Source: an uncultured Planctomycetota bacterium
GTDB lineage: Bacteria; Planctomycetota; Planctomycetia; Pirellulales; Lacipirellulaceae
Direction: 5' to 3'
Assembly: GCA_963719315.1 (NCBI GenBank)
Contig: CAVRBU010000002.1
Span: 448,001-512,000 of the forward strand
Length of the DNA stretch: 64,000 bases
In this document: positions 1 through 10,653 of the stretch, one piece after another
Position numbering within the stretch: the stretch's first letter is position 1
Layout of the letters: each line of letters starts with the position of its first letter
The notes under the pieces: model-generated
The model's input: only the letters and a program-made list of their open reading frames with translations
Database searches by the model: none
What the model was told of the DNA's origin: nothing
Translations under genes and position numbers: made by a program

Positions 1-709
1 AGAAGTAATGGGGGCATCCCTGACATTGACAGTTGGCGGAGCAAACAGAGCGGGCGCAGCTCGTTGCCCCGTAAATTAACGATTTCAGAACGAATCGGAT
101 GAATCTTTAGGTGGCCAAAAATAAGTGTGGAACTCCGTATACTATTCTGCTACGCTGCCTATCACGCTGTACCCCAGCCAACGCTCTTTGACAATCCAGC
201 ATAGCGACTATCCTCTGTAGCCCAGGCTGCGCCTGACACGCTCGCAACACCCTTGCCGCGTATTGGATTCCGCGCGCATCTGCGTTCATCGGCGGCAAGA
301 ATAGTCTTCCGCCGCTCGCGCCTTTTTGCCCAAAGCTGGCCGAAGGGCCGGAATAGCGTAAAACGCCGCGAAAATCGCCACATTTTCAAGGCTCGACCGC
401 TCTGGCGAACCGCTAAATCCTGCCAGATTCCAGCTTCTTAGAAAGCAAACTCGCCCACTTTTGCACGTCCCGCGCACGCCCCAACCACTGGATTTCCAGC
501 GGTTGGTAGCCTGAGCGCCGCGCAAAAAGGAGGACTTTTGCACGCGAAAAAAAATTTTCACGCGTCCGCACAATCGTACTCCCTTGCCGCCCAACGACTT
601 GCGACTTCCATTGCGCGAAGCGCTCGCGCAAAACTCTCCGGGTGGACGAGTCCCGCGCTCGACGAAGCTCAGCGAAAATAGAACGCCAGTTCGTTTCCCA
701 TTTTCCAAC

Positions 710-738
710 AAAAAAGCCGGGCCAGAAATGGCCCGGCT
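710..738 (-). terminator. Intrinsic terminator downstream of the Cys-rich protein gene
   Basis: AGCCGGGCCA-GAAA-TGGCCCGGCT hairpin flanked by an A-run (U-tract on the minus strand), about 45 bp after the stop at 784. Confidence 0.75.
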
Positions 739-783
739 CGCTGGTCCGACCGAGACGGCCGGGCGTATGCGGTTCAAGACTTC

Positions 784-1815
784 TTATTTGGACCCGCTCG
801 TCCAGCCGATGGCGTCGATTCGAGCTTGCTCGTCGGAGATCGGGCCACGCGGCGCGGTGGAAATATGGCGGTAAGAAACTGGTTGCTCGTACACGGCGGT
901 CCGCACCGGGGCGATGCTCCCGGTCCGGGCCGTGCGATCTTTCGGGTTGAACAACTTCGGAGCCTCGAGATAGGTCGAAGTATCGCTCTTCTTCACCTTA
1001 TACGGGTCTTCTTGGCTCGGTTCAGAAGCCGGTTCGGGTTGAACACCGTTGTCCGGCGCCGCTGAATCGGCCGGGCGATTCGTGTCGTAAGTCGGTCGCT
1101 GATCGGTAGTCGTGGGCGGCGCGGCGATGACGCCCGGCGCCGCGGTCGGTTGCGGCGCCGTACCCGCGGCGGGCGCCACAAAGGTCGGCGGCGGCGAAGA
1201 AACATTGGCCGAACAATTCGAGCAACCGCTGGGCTGCTGGTACGACACTTGGTTCACCGTTTGGCCACCCGAACAGCTCGAGCAACCGCAATTCGACGGA
1301 CAAGTTGACCCGCAAGTTTCGCAACCGCACGACGGGGCATACGACGTAACGTAGCCCGAGCCGCAACTACTGCACGATGAGCAACTGCTGCAAGGCGACG
1401 CGCACGATGAGCAAGCCGGCGCGTACGACGTGGTGTACGTGCCACACGAGCTGCAACTCGGCGCGTAACCGGCGGAGCAACTCGAACACGTGCTGCAGGG
1501 CGAGTAGGAAGCACACGTCGAGCAACTGCTGCACGATGAGCAGGCCGGCGCATAGCTCGCGGTATAGCCATAATTCGCATAGTAAGTCGGCTGATACGCG
1601 GCGACGTAGGTATTGGGCGAACCCCACAGCCGCGCGCTCGCGCGATTCCACCAATAACCGGGATACCAACCGGTGTTGACCGTTTGCACGCCGACGGGCT
1701 GATAGAACGCGGTCGTGGCTTGCCCGCAACACTGCGCACGCGCATCGACCACGAAGCACGCCGAAAACAGCAGCGCACCGGCGGCCGAGATGTAACGAAA
1801 CGATTTGTGGTTCAT
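784..1815 (-). CDS. Secreted Cys/Ser/Pro-rich low-complexity protein (planctomycete-type)
   Basis: 343-aa ORF; signal-peptide-like N-terminus ending ARA-Q; repeated TxSYAPxCSSC/CxxC units; Pro/Ala-rich linker; followed by a terminator. Confidence 0.8.
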   Translation of the reverse strand: MNHKSFRYISAAGALLFSACFVVDARAQCCGQATTAFYQPVGVQTVNTGWYPGYWWNRASARLWGSPNTYVAAYQPTYYANYGYTASYAPACSSCSSCSTCASYSPCSTCSSCSAGYAPSCSSCGTYTTSYAPACSSCASPCSSCSSCSSCGSGYVTSYAPSCGCETCGSTCPSNCGCSSCSGGQTVNQVSYQQPSGCSNCSANVSSPPPTFVAPAAGTAPQPTAAPGVIAAPPTTTDQRPTYDTNRPADSAAPDNGVQPEPASEPSQEDPYKVKKSDTSTYLEAPKLFNPKDRTARTGSIAPVRTAVYEQPVSYRHISTAPRGPISDEQARIDAIGWTSGSK

Positions 1816-2240
1816 GGTAACGCTCTTTTTACTTCCTGAGATGAGAAGGACCCTCTACCTTTTGTTTACTCACCCGCGTCGTGGAATGCAACTAGCTGCA
1901 CGCGGCGAGCACGTATTTGGTCGGGAATGCATGCTGGGCAAGCTTTGCCGTCTGGAAAAGTGGTGCGGGTCGACCCGCGACCTGACCCGCCCGTCGCCGC
2001 CCGCTGACTGCGAACTGCGGCGATGGACCGGACCCTGATGAAGTATATCCCAGGTGACGGACCGTGCTTCGTAGGTTGAATAAAAACAACATCACCGGGC
2101 AAATGATGTTCGGCGGCAACGCACCGTGGAAGCAGAATTCGCAAGATTCAGATTTTCCGTCACTGAACTTTTACGAGTTCAGCTACGCACAGTTGGAACG
2201 ACCGTTTCGCTCGGCGCCGCCGGCAAAAAGGCGGGTATTA

Positions 2241-2910
2241 TTACGTCGTTGCGGCGATCTGAGTTCGCGGCCGGCGCCGCTGCCGTTCGTGGCGATCGTA
2301 TAAATCGAAGAAGATTTCGCGCACGTTGCTGCCATGGCAAGCATGGCTAGCGGCCACGTCGTTGAGCGTGATTGGTGTGGACACCTCCGCGCCAAATCGG
2401 CGACAAGTCGCGCGATGAGCGCACGATCGGGTGCGAGACGAACGAGTGTTGGAACATCCGTTGGGGCGTGTGCTGTGACGAGCAGGCCGATCTTCGCGCG
2501 GCGGCAACAGGCGCGAGCTTCAGGCGTTCCCACCTGCCGAGTTGCTCGTAGCCATCGATCACGGCGAGCGAGCGACTGCCTTCGCACGCTTCGAAAAAAT
2601 AAGGAGGCAGCCGACGCTGACCGTCGCGCAGCGCAATCGCTATCACTCTACGTTCTGCTTCTTCGATCGCCGGCTTAAGCGACTCCAGCAAAGAAGACTT
2701 GCCGCTACCGTGCGGCCCAACAATCGCGCCCCACCAACCTTGATCCGCAAGTTTGGCGACGAGCAATTCGGCGCTCTGGCCATCCGCAAACCGAAACGGG
2801 AGCGCGCCCGGCCGCGTCCAGCACGTGGCGAATGGATTGTCGCGCCGCGATGGTGGCTGGCTGGGAGACTGGGGGTTGGGGACTGGCGACTGGGGAACAA
2901 AACACGACAT
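2241..2910 (-). CDS. P-loop NTPase-like hypothetical protein, split by two apparent frameshifts (~2520, ~2390)
   Basis: Walker A GPHGSGKS and Walker B-like AVIDGYEQL in ORF 2347..2910; coding sense continues as GLLVTAH in ORF 2183..2587, then GSNVREIFFDLYD in ORF 2241..2507. Confidence 0.6.
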
Positions 2911-3351
2911 TTACTTGCTCACCTCCGCTCCGGTTTCAAGTTCCAAGTTTTCGGCACCCAGTCCGTCTGCCGCCGCCACACTTCCCAACCGAAACGGCAG
3001 CTCCGCGATCGACTCCTGCGCTTGCGTCAAGAACAGTCTCACTCGCACACACCAACATACTTTCACAATTTGTCCGTCGTAACTCAACGGGCTGAGTGGC
3101 AACACGCTGGCGAAGCGACGCGGCACGCGCAAGTCGAGTGGCCTGGCAACATCATCCACCAGCCGTTCGAAATGATGGACCGCCATGTCCTCTTCCCCCT
3201 TCCCGGCCGTGTACCAGAGGATCGACAACTCGGCCGATCGGACGGGTCGCATCTGCGTGCCCTCCAGCATGAATCGGCCGGTGAGGCGATCGCCCGGCTG
3301 ATAATGGGCGCTGGCCGAGTCGAGCGTGATGCGAATGGTGGAAGGCGTCAT
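2911..3351 (-). CDS. Hypothetical beta-rich (arrestin/SpoOM-like) protein
   Basis: ATG at 3351 overlaps the upstream stop (ATGA); motifs LWYTAGKGEED and PLSYDGQIVKVCWCVRV. Confidence 0.65.
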   Translation of the reverse strand: MTPSTIRITLDSASAHYQPGDRLTGRFMLEGTQMRPVRSAELSILWYTAGKGEEDMAVHHFERLVDDVARPLDLRVPRRFASVLPLSPLSYDGQIVKVCWCVRVRLFLTQAQESIAELPFRLGSVAAADGLGAENLELETGAEVSK

Positions 3352-4408
3352 TTCACCGAGGCTCCTACGATCCCGGCGAGTGGCTCGCGAGTCGACGTCG
3401 CGCGCAACGGGTAGACATAAATCGGAAAGCGACGTTCGAACTCGCCCCAACGTGCGGAGCGGCCCCGCACCACAATCGTCCAGATCACCGCGTTATGCGG
3501 CGACACGAACGAGTGCATGGCCGAGTCAGGCAGCGTTACATCAAACGTCGCCTCGAAGGCGTGTTGCGGACGAATCTCGAACTTCCGCTGGCTGAACAAA
3601 GTCGCGCGATGCACGCGACTCGTAGCGCGGCGGGTGTCGGTCCCTTGCTGGTAGATTGCTTGCTCGTCGCACACTAATTGCACTTGCAGCCACCGAACGC
3701 GCAGCCGGCCGGTTTGCGAGACGAAGCCGTGAAACGTGCCGCCCGGGTAAAACGGGTGCTGCGAGACTTCCACGCGCGTCGTGCCGATCGCGATGCCCAC
3801 CAGCAGTTGTTGCGCCAGCGCTAAAAGAGTCCATATGCCGGCCATCACGAACGGCGCCATTAGAAACGTGAGCAGCCAGTTCGGTTGACCTGCGCGATGT
3901 AGCGCGATGACCTGTACGACAAACACGACCACGAGCGTGTTCCACGTCAGGCACACGGCCGCCATCGAGAGCGAAATCCATCCCGATGCGGCATCAATCG
4001 GCAGTCGATGGGCCAGGCGCACGCCGGGGCTATCGGTCACGGCTTCGATCGGCGGCACTGTTGGCAGTCCAGGGCGGCTGAGCCGCGAGTCGGCGCCGGA
4101 AGCTCCCAATCGCTTGCCTTTTGAGCAACCGCGGATCGGCGCTCCGTCGAGGCCGCCGTTTGCCATAGCAGACGAACCAGCTCGACGAAACCGAACACAA
4201 TCAGAGCCGTCGGAATGACCATCGCGAACCAGGGCCACCAGCCGGGCTCTTCGGCGCGTTGCACGTGGTCGACCAGCCAGTACAAGCCGTACGCTCCGAG
4301 CGCCAACAGCGAGACAAACAGCAGCCCTTCCGCGACCTTGCCTGCCCAGCGTGAGCCGGTGCGGCGGCTGCCGCGTTTCTTTACCAACAATCGCGGACGA
4401 GGGAGCAT
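3348..4408 (-). CDS. Membrane hypothetical protein with C-terminal beta-sandwich; apparent frameshift near 4100
   Basis: N-terminal TM segments in ORF 4037..4525 (from MLPRPR) continue into ORF 3348..4238 (two more TMs, AMHSFVSPHNAVIW). Confidence 0.6.
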
Positions 4409-4583
4409 GGCTGGCGTGAGCGACGAGTGAGACCGAGATGCTCCGTCTGCGCCGGAGCTTCTCCGTTCATTGTCCCACAAACGTAGCCGTGCTAACAGCC
4501 GACGACGCCGTAGCGGAATTCGCAAAAATTCCGATCTTTGGCTGTGATACTCTGAACTCTTGCGAGTTCAGTTACAACCGGGT

Positions 4584-4871
4584 TCAGCTACAGCTATGGC
4601 TCATATCTCCAATGGGCGCGTGGCCCGGCCGGAAGAAGCCGACGTTTTCGAGCGCCTTGTAAACTTCTTCCAGCGTCTTTTCGCCAAAGTTCGAGATGCT
4701 GAGCAAGTCATCGCGCGTGCAGTGGAGCAGGTCGTCCACCGTGAAGACGCCGCGTTCTTCAAGGCAATTGGTGGTTCGCACGGCGAGACCGATTTCGGCC
4801 GTACTCATCTCCAACTTGTCCCTCATGTCTTGCGAGTTCTCGTAGGCACGGTTCAGCGGGATGCGTGTCAT
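4584..4871 (-). CDS. Stand-alone RNA polymerase alpha subunit C-terminal-domain protein
   Basis: GLAVRTTNCLEERGVFTVDDLL...LLSISNFGEKTLEEV matches the alpha-CTD pattern; no alpha N-terminal domain. Confidence 0.85.
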   Translation of the reverse strand: MTRIPLNRAYENSQDMRDKLEMSTAEIGLAVRTTNCLEERGVFTVDDLLHCTRDDLLSISNFGEKTLEEVYKALENVGFFRPGHAPIGDMSHSCS

Positions 4872-5207
4872 GCGGGTTCCCTCCCTTCGTAAAAGAAAAC
4901 AGAATGGGCCATCGCGACGCGTTTCTGCGCACTCGGCCGCCTGCACTTCGTCGCGGAGTATACCAAGTTTCCAGGCAAGTGCGAACGATATGCGGAAAAA
5001 AATGCCAAGAAAATTCTGGGTATGCTAGCATCAGGCGCCGAGCCCACCTTCAGCATCGATCATCGAACCCATGCGACCCGTAACCATGGGGATATACGAA
5101 CGAACGCGAATGCGGAATGATGGGGATGTAGCTGAAGTCGCAAAACTTCAGATGCAGTAGACAATCGCGCGGAATTCTTGCGAATTCCGCTACGGCAGAC
5201 TTACGAC

Positions 5208-7550
5208 ATGAACCATCTGCTCGAATCCCTGACGCAGCCGCAACGCAATGCCGTGACGCATCGCGATGGTCCGCTACTGGTGCTCGCCGGCCCGGGCAGC
5301 GGCAAGACGCGGGTCATTACCCACCGCATTGCCCATCTGATTGAAGGCGGTGTGCCGCCGTCGCAGATTCTCGCCCTTACGTTTACGAACAAGGCGGCAT
5401 CGGAAATGCAGCGCCGCGTGGCCGAGTTGGCCCCCGGCAGCCGCGTGTGGCTGAGCACCTTCCACCGCTTCGGCGCCATGCTGCTGCGGCGGTATGCGGA
5501 ATACATCGGCCTTCAACCCAACTTCACGATTTACGACACGGGCGACGCACGGCAGACGATCAAACGCGTGATCGAAGCCCGCGAAATCAACACGCTCAAT
5601 TACTCGCCCGATCGGCTGCACGAAGCGATCAGTGCCGCCAAGAACAAGCTCATCACAGCCACCAAGTACGAACCCCGCAGCGGCAGCATGTTGAGCCGCA
5701 TCGTGGCCGAAGTGTATCCGGCCTATCAGGCGCGGCTCCTGGCATCGTCGGCCGTCGATTTCGACGATTTACTATTGCACGTGGCGCAGTTGCTATACGA
5801 CCATGCCGAGATTCGCGCCGAACTCGACGAACGGTATCGCTACGTGCTCGTCGACGAGTATCAGGATACGAACCGCGCGCAGTACGTGATTCTGCGGGCA
5901 CTCTCGTCCGATTATCCGAACCTGGCCGTGACGGGCGATCCCGATCAATCGATCTACGGCTGGCGCGGGGCCGATCTCAATAATATTCTCGAGTTCGAGC
6001 ACGATTACCCGAACGTGAAAATAGTGCGGTTGGAACGCAACTATCGCAGCACGAAGCACATCCTTCGCGTGGCCGATGAACTCATCGGCCACAACCTGCG
6101 CCGCAAGAAGAAGAAACTATGGACCGAAAACGACGACGGCGCGGCCGTGCGGCTGGTTGCCTACGTCGATCAAGACAAGGAAGCGGCCGACATCGCCGAG
6201 CAGATTCGCGCGGCGGTTGCGGCGGGGCGGCGCACGCCGAGCGACTTCGCGATTTTCTACCGTGTGAATGCGCTGTCGCGGTCGCTAGAGAAAGCACTGC
6301 GAACGGCCGGCGTGCCGTACCAGATGGTCCGTGGCCAGGAGTTTTATGCCCGCAAGGAAATCAAGGACGTGCTTGCATATTGCCAATTAGTCAACAACCC
6401 CCGCGACGACATAGCATTCGAGCGAACGATCAACATGCCCAGTCGCGGCATCGGGCGCAAGACGGTCGAACGGCTGACCGAACGCGCCTATCGCAACGGC
6501 CTACCGCTATTGGAAGCGGCCCGCGCGGCCTGGGATATCGAGGGTTTTTCCAAGGGCACAGCGGCGAAAGTGGCCGCGTATGTTGAGATCGTCGATCGGA
6601 TCGCCGCTGTGGTGCACGGCGACCTGGAAGAAGTCATCGGCACCGTGCTCGATGCGTCTGGATACCGTGCGTCGCTCGCCGAGAGTGACGATGAGCAGGA
6701 CCAGAACCGGCTTGCGAACATCGAAGAATTGCTGACCGACGCCCGCCAGTTCGACGAACAAAACCCCGGCGGCGGCAGGCTCGAAGAATACTTAGAGCGC
6801 TCTTGGCTGGTGAACGAGACCGATAATTGGGACACCGAGACCGACAAGACGACGCTCATGACACTTCACGCCGCGAAAGGTCTGGAGTTTCCCGTCGTGT
6901 TCATCGTCGCCGTGGAAGATGGCGTGCTGCCGCACGAGCGCATCGGCCAGCACCCCGACGAGTTGGAAGAAGAGCGCAGGCTGGCATTCGTCGGGATTAC
7001 CCGAGCGAAGGAAGAACTGCAACTTAGCTATGCCATTACACGCGACTTCCGCGGCGTGCGACGGCGGACGATTCCCAGCTCTTTCCTCATGGAGATGCCT
7101 CGCCAAGAGATGGAAGTCGTGGATGGGTCGGGCGCTCCTGATGAAACTTCGTTTGATCCGTGGAATGATGAACCGGAGGATGATGAAGGAGACGACTCAT
7201 GGGATTTTCAGTTGGACGATGTTTCCGCGGCGCCGATTGACGATGGCCTGGAATCCGTCGCAGGCTCTGTAATTTCTGGACTGAGCGTGGCTGCCGCGTC
7301 ACTGAAAACAGCGGCGACGCTCTCGCGTGAGCAGTCTGAAGAAGGCGACGCGGGCGCTGCCCTAGAACGGCCGCGGGTTTCGCCCGACGCCTTTAAACAG
7401 GGGATGACCGTCACTCATCCCGAGTACGGCCCCGGTAAGATCGTGGCCCTCTCGGGCTCGGGCAAAAACCGTCGCGCCACGATTCAATTCGCGACCGTGG
7501 GCGAAAAGAAAATCATTCTGGCGCACAGCGCGGTGCGGCCGGCACGATGA
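5208..7550 (+). CDS. pcrA: UvrD/PcrA ATP-dependent DNA helicase
   Basis: AGPGSGKT, VDEYQDTN, GDPDQSIYGWRGA, LERNYRST, TLHAAKGLEFP, EEERRLAFVGITRA; C-terminal Tudor-like HPEYGPG. Confidence 0.95.
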   Translation: MNHLLESLTQPQRNAVTHRDGPLLVLAGPGSGKTRVITHRIAHLIEGGVPPSQILALTFTNKAASEMQRRVAELAPGSRVWLSTFHRFGAMLLRRYAEYIGLQPNFTIYDTGDARQTIKRVIEAREINTLNYSPDRLHEAISAAKNKLITATKYEPRSGSMLSRIVAEVYPAYQARLLASSAVDFDDLLLHVAQLLYDHAEIRAELDERYRYVLVDEYQDTNRAQYVILRALSSDYPNLAVTGDPDQSIYGWRGADLNNILEFEHDYPNVKIVRLERNYRSTKHILRVADELIGHNLRRKKKKLWTENDDGAAVRLVAYVDQDKEAADIAEQIRAAVAAGRRTPSDFAIFYRVNALSRSLEKALRTAGVPYQMVRGQEFYARKEIKDVLAYCQLVNNPRDDIAFERTINMPSRGIGRKTVERLTERAYRNGLPLLEAARAAWDIEGFSKGTAAKVAAYVEIVDRIAAVVHGDLEEVIGTVLDASGYRASLAESDDEQDQNRLANIEELLTDARQFDEQNPGGGRLEEYLERSWLVNETDNWDTETDKTTLMTLHAAKGLEFPVVFIVAVEDGVLPHERIGQHPDELEEERRLAFVGITRAKEELQLSYAITRDFRGVRRRTIPSSFLMEMPRQEMEVVDGSGAPDETSFDPWNDEPEDDEGDDSWDFQLDDVSAAPIDDGLESVAGSVISGLSVAAASLKTAATLSREQSEEGDAGAALERPRVSPDAFKQGMTVTHPEYGPGKIVALSGSGKNRRATIQFATVGEKKIILAHSAVRPAR

Positions 7551-7628
7551 AATGCAATTGTAGATCGCTCGCTCCGCGAGCAGGCTAGACTGCCCCCGCC
7601 TGCTTCACGGCGACCGGCGTGCAAAATG

Positions 7629-9605
7629 CTACGCCGTTTTCGCCGCAAGTTGCACCTGAGCAGCCATTCCGCGCACCACTGCAACCGCTTCGGCCATCGT
7701 CGTCACCACTCTGCTGGCCGAGTCTTCGACCGGCTCCGCGAGCGCGTCCTTGTCATTAACCGCCGTCCAAAAACCGACAACGATCGGTAAGTTGGGGTAG
7801 CGGCTGCGGAGGCGTTTCCACAGCAGCCGGCTGTCGCGCGGGGCGATCGGCGGCAAGACCGAGATCACGACGACATCGCTATCCGACGCCGCGACCCGAT
7901 CCACAACCTCGCCCGTGAGGGACTCGGCTGCCCCGACTTCGGCCTGCAAACCTTCCGCCGTGAGCAGGTGGGACAGCATGCGTGCCACCAACTCGTCGGC
8001 CTCGTCGCGGAGAGGGATGCAGAGCACGCGGGCCGGTTCCGACACCGGACCCGACACTACCTCGCCGCCGGCCGCGGCCTCTGGCTGAGCTTCGTGAGCT
8101 TGTTGCGTTTGCTGCTTGTGTCGATCCGCTTCGCCCACCTCGTCGATCAAATCCTCTGTCGCCTCCAACACGAACTCGGCCTGGTCGTCGTTGAGCAGAT
8201 CGGCGTGCCGGTCTTGCTCGGCCATCACGAGCGCGGGGATCAATACGTCATCGTAAAGTTTGGCAAGTGAAGATTCCTTCAGAAAATTGTGAGCCAGCTT
8301 GGTCGGCTCACGGTCGTCAAACGCCAGCAAGCGCTGGTAAACGCGCTCGCCCGGCGACGCGGGCGGCCGATCGGCCAACAGGGTCGTTATGAATTTCAAC
8401 TGCGGCACGTACCGGGCAGCGACCAACAGGCAAACGGTCATCGGCATCGAGAGAATCAGCCCGATCGGTCCCCAAAGCCAGGTCCAAAAAATAGCGGATA
8501 TGATTACACCAACGGTCGAAATTCCCGTCGTGCTGCCGTACACGAGGGGCTCGACGATGTTGTTGGAAATCAGCTCGATGATGATGTACAACCCTAAAAC
8601 CAGCATTGGCTGAGTCCAACCGGCGGTGGAGGCGATCGAGATCATGATGGGCAACGCGGCGGCGATCCACGGGCCGATGTACGGCAAGAATCGCAACGAG
8701 AACCCGAGCACGCCCCACATGATCGCGCCCGGCACGCCGATCGCCCACAAACCAAGCGCGACGGCCAAACCGTAGCCCGCATTCAGCAGGAACAGCGTGC
8801 GGAGATAGCGACCGACACGGGCCGAAGCGTCGTGCATCGCTTCGGCGGTGGCGTGCATGTGGGAGCGGCCAAATAACTGTACGAGTCGACTCCGCTGGTT
8901 CTCACGGTCCACGAGCAAGAACAGTACGAGGACCACGACCAGGCCAGCCATCGTGAGTGGGGGAACTAACGGGCCGAGCCAATCTTGAATTTGCGTGAAC
9001 GGCGACGGAGGCAGCTCGACGACCCGTACTGACACGGCCTGGTCATTCTTCTTGCGTCGTTCCGCATTTTTCGATTCGTCCGAATTTGCAGTGCTCTCGT
9101 GTGAGCCTGGCGGTGTTGAGTGTGATTCGACGGAGACCTGGGAATTCGCCGAAGGCTCGTGGCCCTTTTTCGCAGTATCGGTTCCCTCGTCAGATTTCGA
9201 CTTCGTTTCGGAGTCGGTTGCCGCCCCCTGCGTAATCTCATTGCGCAGATCGGTGAGCGTATCGGAAACTTTGGTCATCGTCGGCGAATTGGGCCGCAGC
9301 GATTTGATTTTCGTGAGGAGCTCTTTCTTATGTTCTGGTAGCTCGACGCTCAGTTGGACGAGCTGATTGGTTACAACCCAACCCAGCGAACCGAGGAACA
9401 CGAACGAAATGGCCACCACGGTCAGCACGGCCGGAATCCGCGGAATTCGCCACCGCTCCAGACGGTCGGCCAGCGGCGTGAGCAGAAAGCTGAGCAGAAT
9501 GGCTAGCGCCAGCGGCAACAGAATCGCCTTCGCCACGTACAGCGCGGTGATGGCCGTGATCACGGCCACCAGGATGAACAGCGGCGAGCTGCGATCTTTC
9601 GTCAT
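7629..9605 (-). CDS. AI-2E family transporter with C-terminal B12-binding/receiver-like domain
   Basis: Multiple TMs; LRFLPYIGP; WTWLWGPIGLILSMPMTVCL; PLRDEADELVARML domain. Confidence 0.85.
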   Translation of the reverse strand: MTKDRSSPLFILVAVITAITALYVAKAILLPLALAILLSFLLTPLADRLERWRIPRIPAVLTVVAISFVFLGSLGWVVTNQLVQLSVELPEHKKELLTKIKSLRPNSPTMTKVSDTLTDLRNEITQGAATDSETKSKSDEGTDTAKKGHEPSANSQVSVESHSTPPGSHESTANSDESKNAERRKKNDQAVSVRVVELPPSPFTQIQDWLGPLVPPLTMAGLVVVLVLFLLVDRENQRSRLVQLFGRSHMHATAEAMHDASARVGRYLRTLFLLNAGYGLAVALGLWAIGVPGAIMWGVLGFSLRFLPYIGPWIAAALPIMISIASTAGWTQPMLVLGLYIIIELISNNIVEPLVYGSTTGISTVGVIISAIFWTWLWGPIGLILSMPMTVCLLVAARYVPQLKFITTLLADRPPASPGERVYQRLLAFDDREPTKLAHNFLKESSLAKLYDDVLIPALVMAEQDRHADLLNDDQAEFVLEATEDLIDEVGEADRHKQQTQQAHEAQPEAAAGGEVVSGPVSEPARVLCIPLRDEADELVARMLSHLLTAEGLQAEVGAAESLTGEVVDRVAASDSDVVVISVLPPIAPRDSRLLWKRLRSRYPNLPIVVGFWTAVNDKDALAEPVEDSASRVVTTMAEAVAVVRGMAAQVQLAAKTA

Positions 9606-9640
9606 GGACTCGTCTTTCAGTTCAGCCGTGCAAAACGTTT

Positions 9641-10528
9641 TTATAGCTCGATTTTGCCCATTACGAAATCGGGGAACTCGCTCGCGCCAACCGCCGTGCA
9701 ACCGTTGCGCCGGGCGAAATCTTGGGCCGCGCCGGTAAAGCGGCAGTTGATGATGACCGCGCACGCCTCGCAGTGGTTGCGGTCCTTGGCGGCGAGCGCT
9801 TGCTGGATTGTAACGCTCGAAACAACGTGGTCGAGGCCCTGTGTGAGAATGGACACACGGCGAGGGCCGAAATCGACGATGAGATTCGTCTCGTCACCCG
9901 CAACGACCCCGGTGCGCTCGGCCTTGGCACCGAGCGTGCGGCAAACCTCCACGACAAAATCTTCCCATTCCGAACCGCGCATTTTTTTCCAGTCGCGTTG
10001 CAATAGCGCAGCCTTCTGCAGCTTGCCCGAGGCGATCTGGTCGCGGCGTTCATCGACCAGCTTTTGCAGTTTGGTTTTCGTTTCGGCGAGCCGCTCGATT
10101 TTTTCTTTGAGCCGGGCATTGGCGAGACGGGCCTGCGACTCGGCTTCGCCAATCGCGGCTGGCAGCAGCGTGTCTGGCGGATGATAGACGAACGACGCCA
10201 ACAATCCGACGCCGGCCACCGTGCCGAGCAGGAAACCGAAGAACGCGAAAGGATACGAATTCGTCAGCAAATGCACAACGATTAGAACCAAGATGCCGAC
10301 GACCGTCGGGCCAACCATCATCACGGCCATTGGCCAGAGGTTGAATTGGGCCGTGGGTTGGCGAATCGCACGGGCCATTCGCAAATAGCGGAGCCGCCGC
10401 GCCGATTTGCGTACGTCTCGGGCGACGGCTGCACGCTCCGTTTCGAGTCGCGCAACTTCGCTCTCAGTTTGCTCGATTTCGCGAGTGAGTTGCGTGAGCG
10501 GGCGGTGAGATTGAAACATGGCGGACAT
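9641..10528 (-). CDS. Membrane/coiled-coil protein with C-terminal Mrr-like restriction-endonuclease fold
   Basis: Two TMs and coiled coils, then MRGSEWEDFVVEVC...IINCRFTGAAQDFARRNG. Confidence 0.7.
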   Translation of the reverse strand: MSAMFQSHRPLTQLTREIEQTESEVARLETERAAVARDVRKSARRLRYLRMARAIRQPTAQFNLWPMAVMMVGPTVVGILVLIVVHLLTNSYPFAFFGFLLGTVAGVGLLASFVYHPPDTLLPAAIGEAESQARLANARLKEKIERLAETKTKLQKLVDERRDQIASGKLQKAALLQRDWKKMRGSEWEDFVVEVCRTLGAKAERTGVVAGDETNLIVDFGPRRVSILTQGLDHVVSSVTIQQALAAKDRNHCEACAVIINCRFTGAAQDFARRNGCTAVGASEFPDFVMGKIEL

Positions 10529-10563
10529 AGCATAGGATCGCGCAAACTCACACCATTAAAATT

Positions 10564-10630
10564 GAAGCCCGCAGCGCGGGCAAGGGAGAAGTGGAGAGCG
10601 CTGCCGCCCCTTGCTCGCGCTGCGGGCTTC
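10564..10630. repeat. Long intergenic inverted repeat (REP-like)
   Basis: GAAGCCCGCAGCGCGGGCAAGGG...CCCTTGCTCGCGCTGCGGGCTTC, near-perfect 23-bp arms. Confidence 0.8.
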
Positions 10631-10653
10631 GATCCATTCAAGGCACTTGTGAT

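Noticed and set aside
1..700. Non-coding region as a possible ncRNA or riboswitch
   Set aside because: No tRNA, tmRNA, RNase P, SRP or riboswitch consensus recognised by eye; a covariance-model search would be needed
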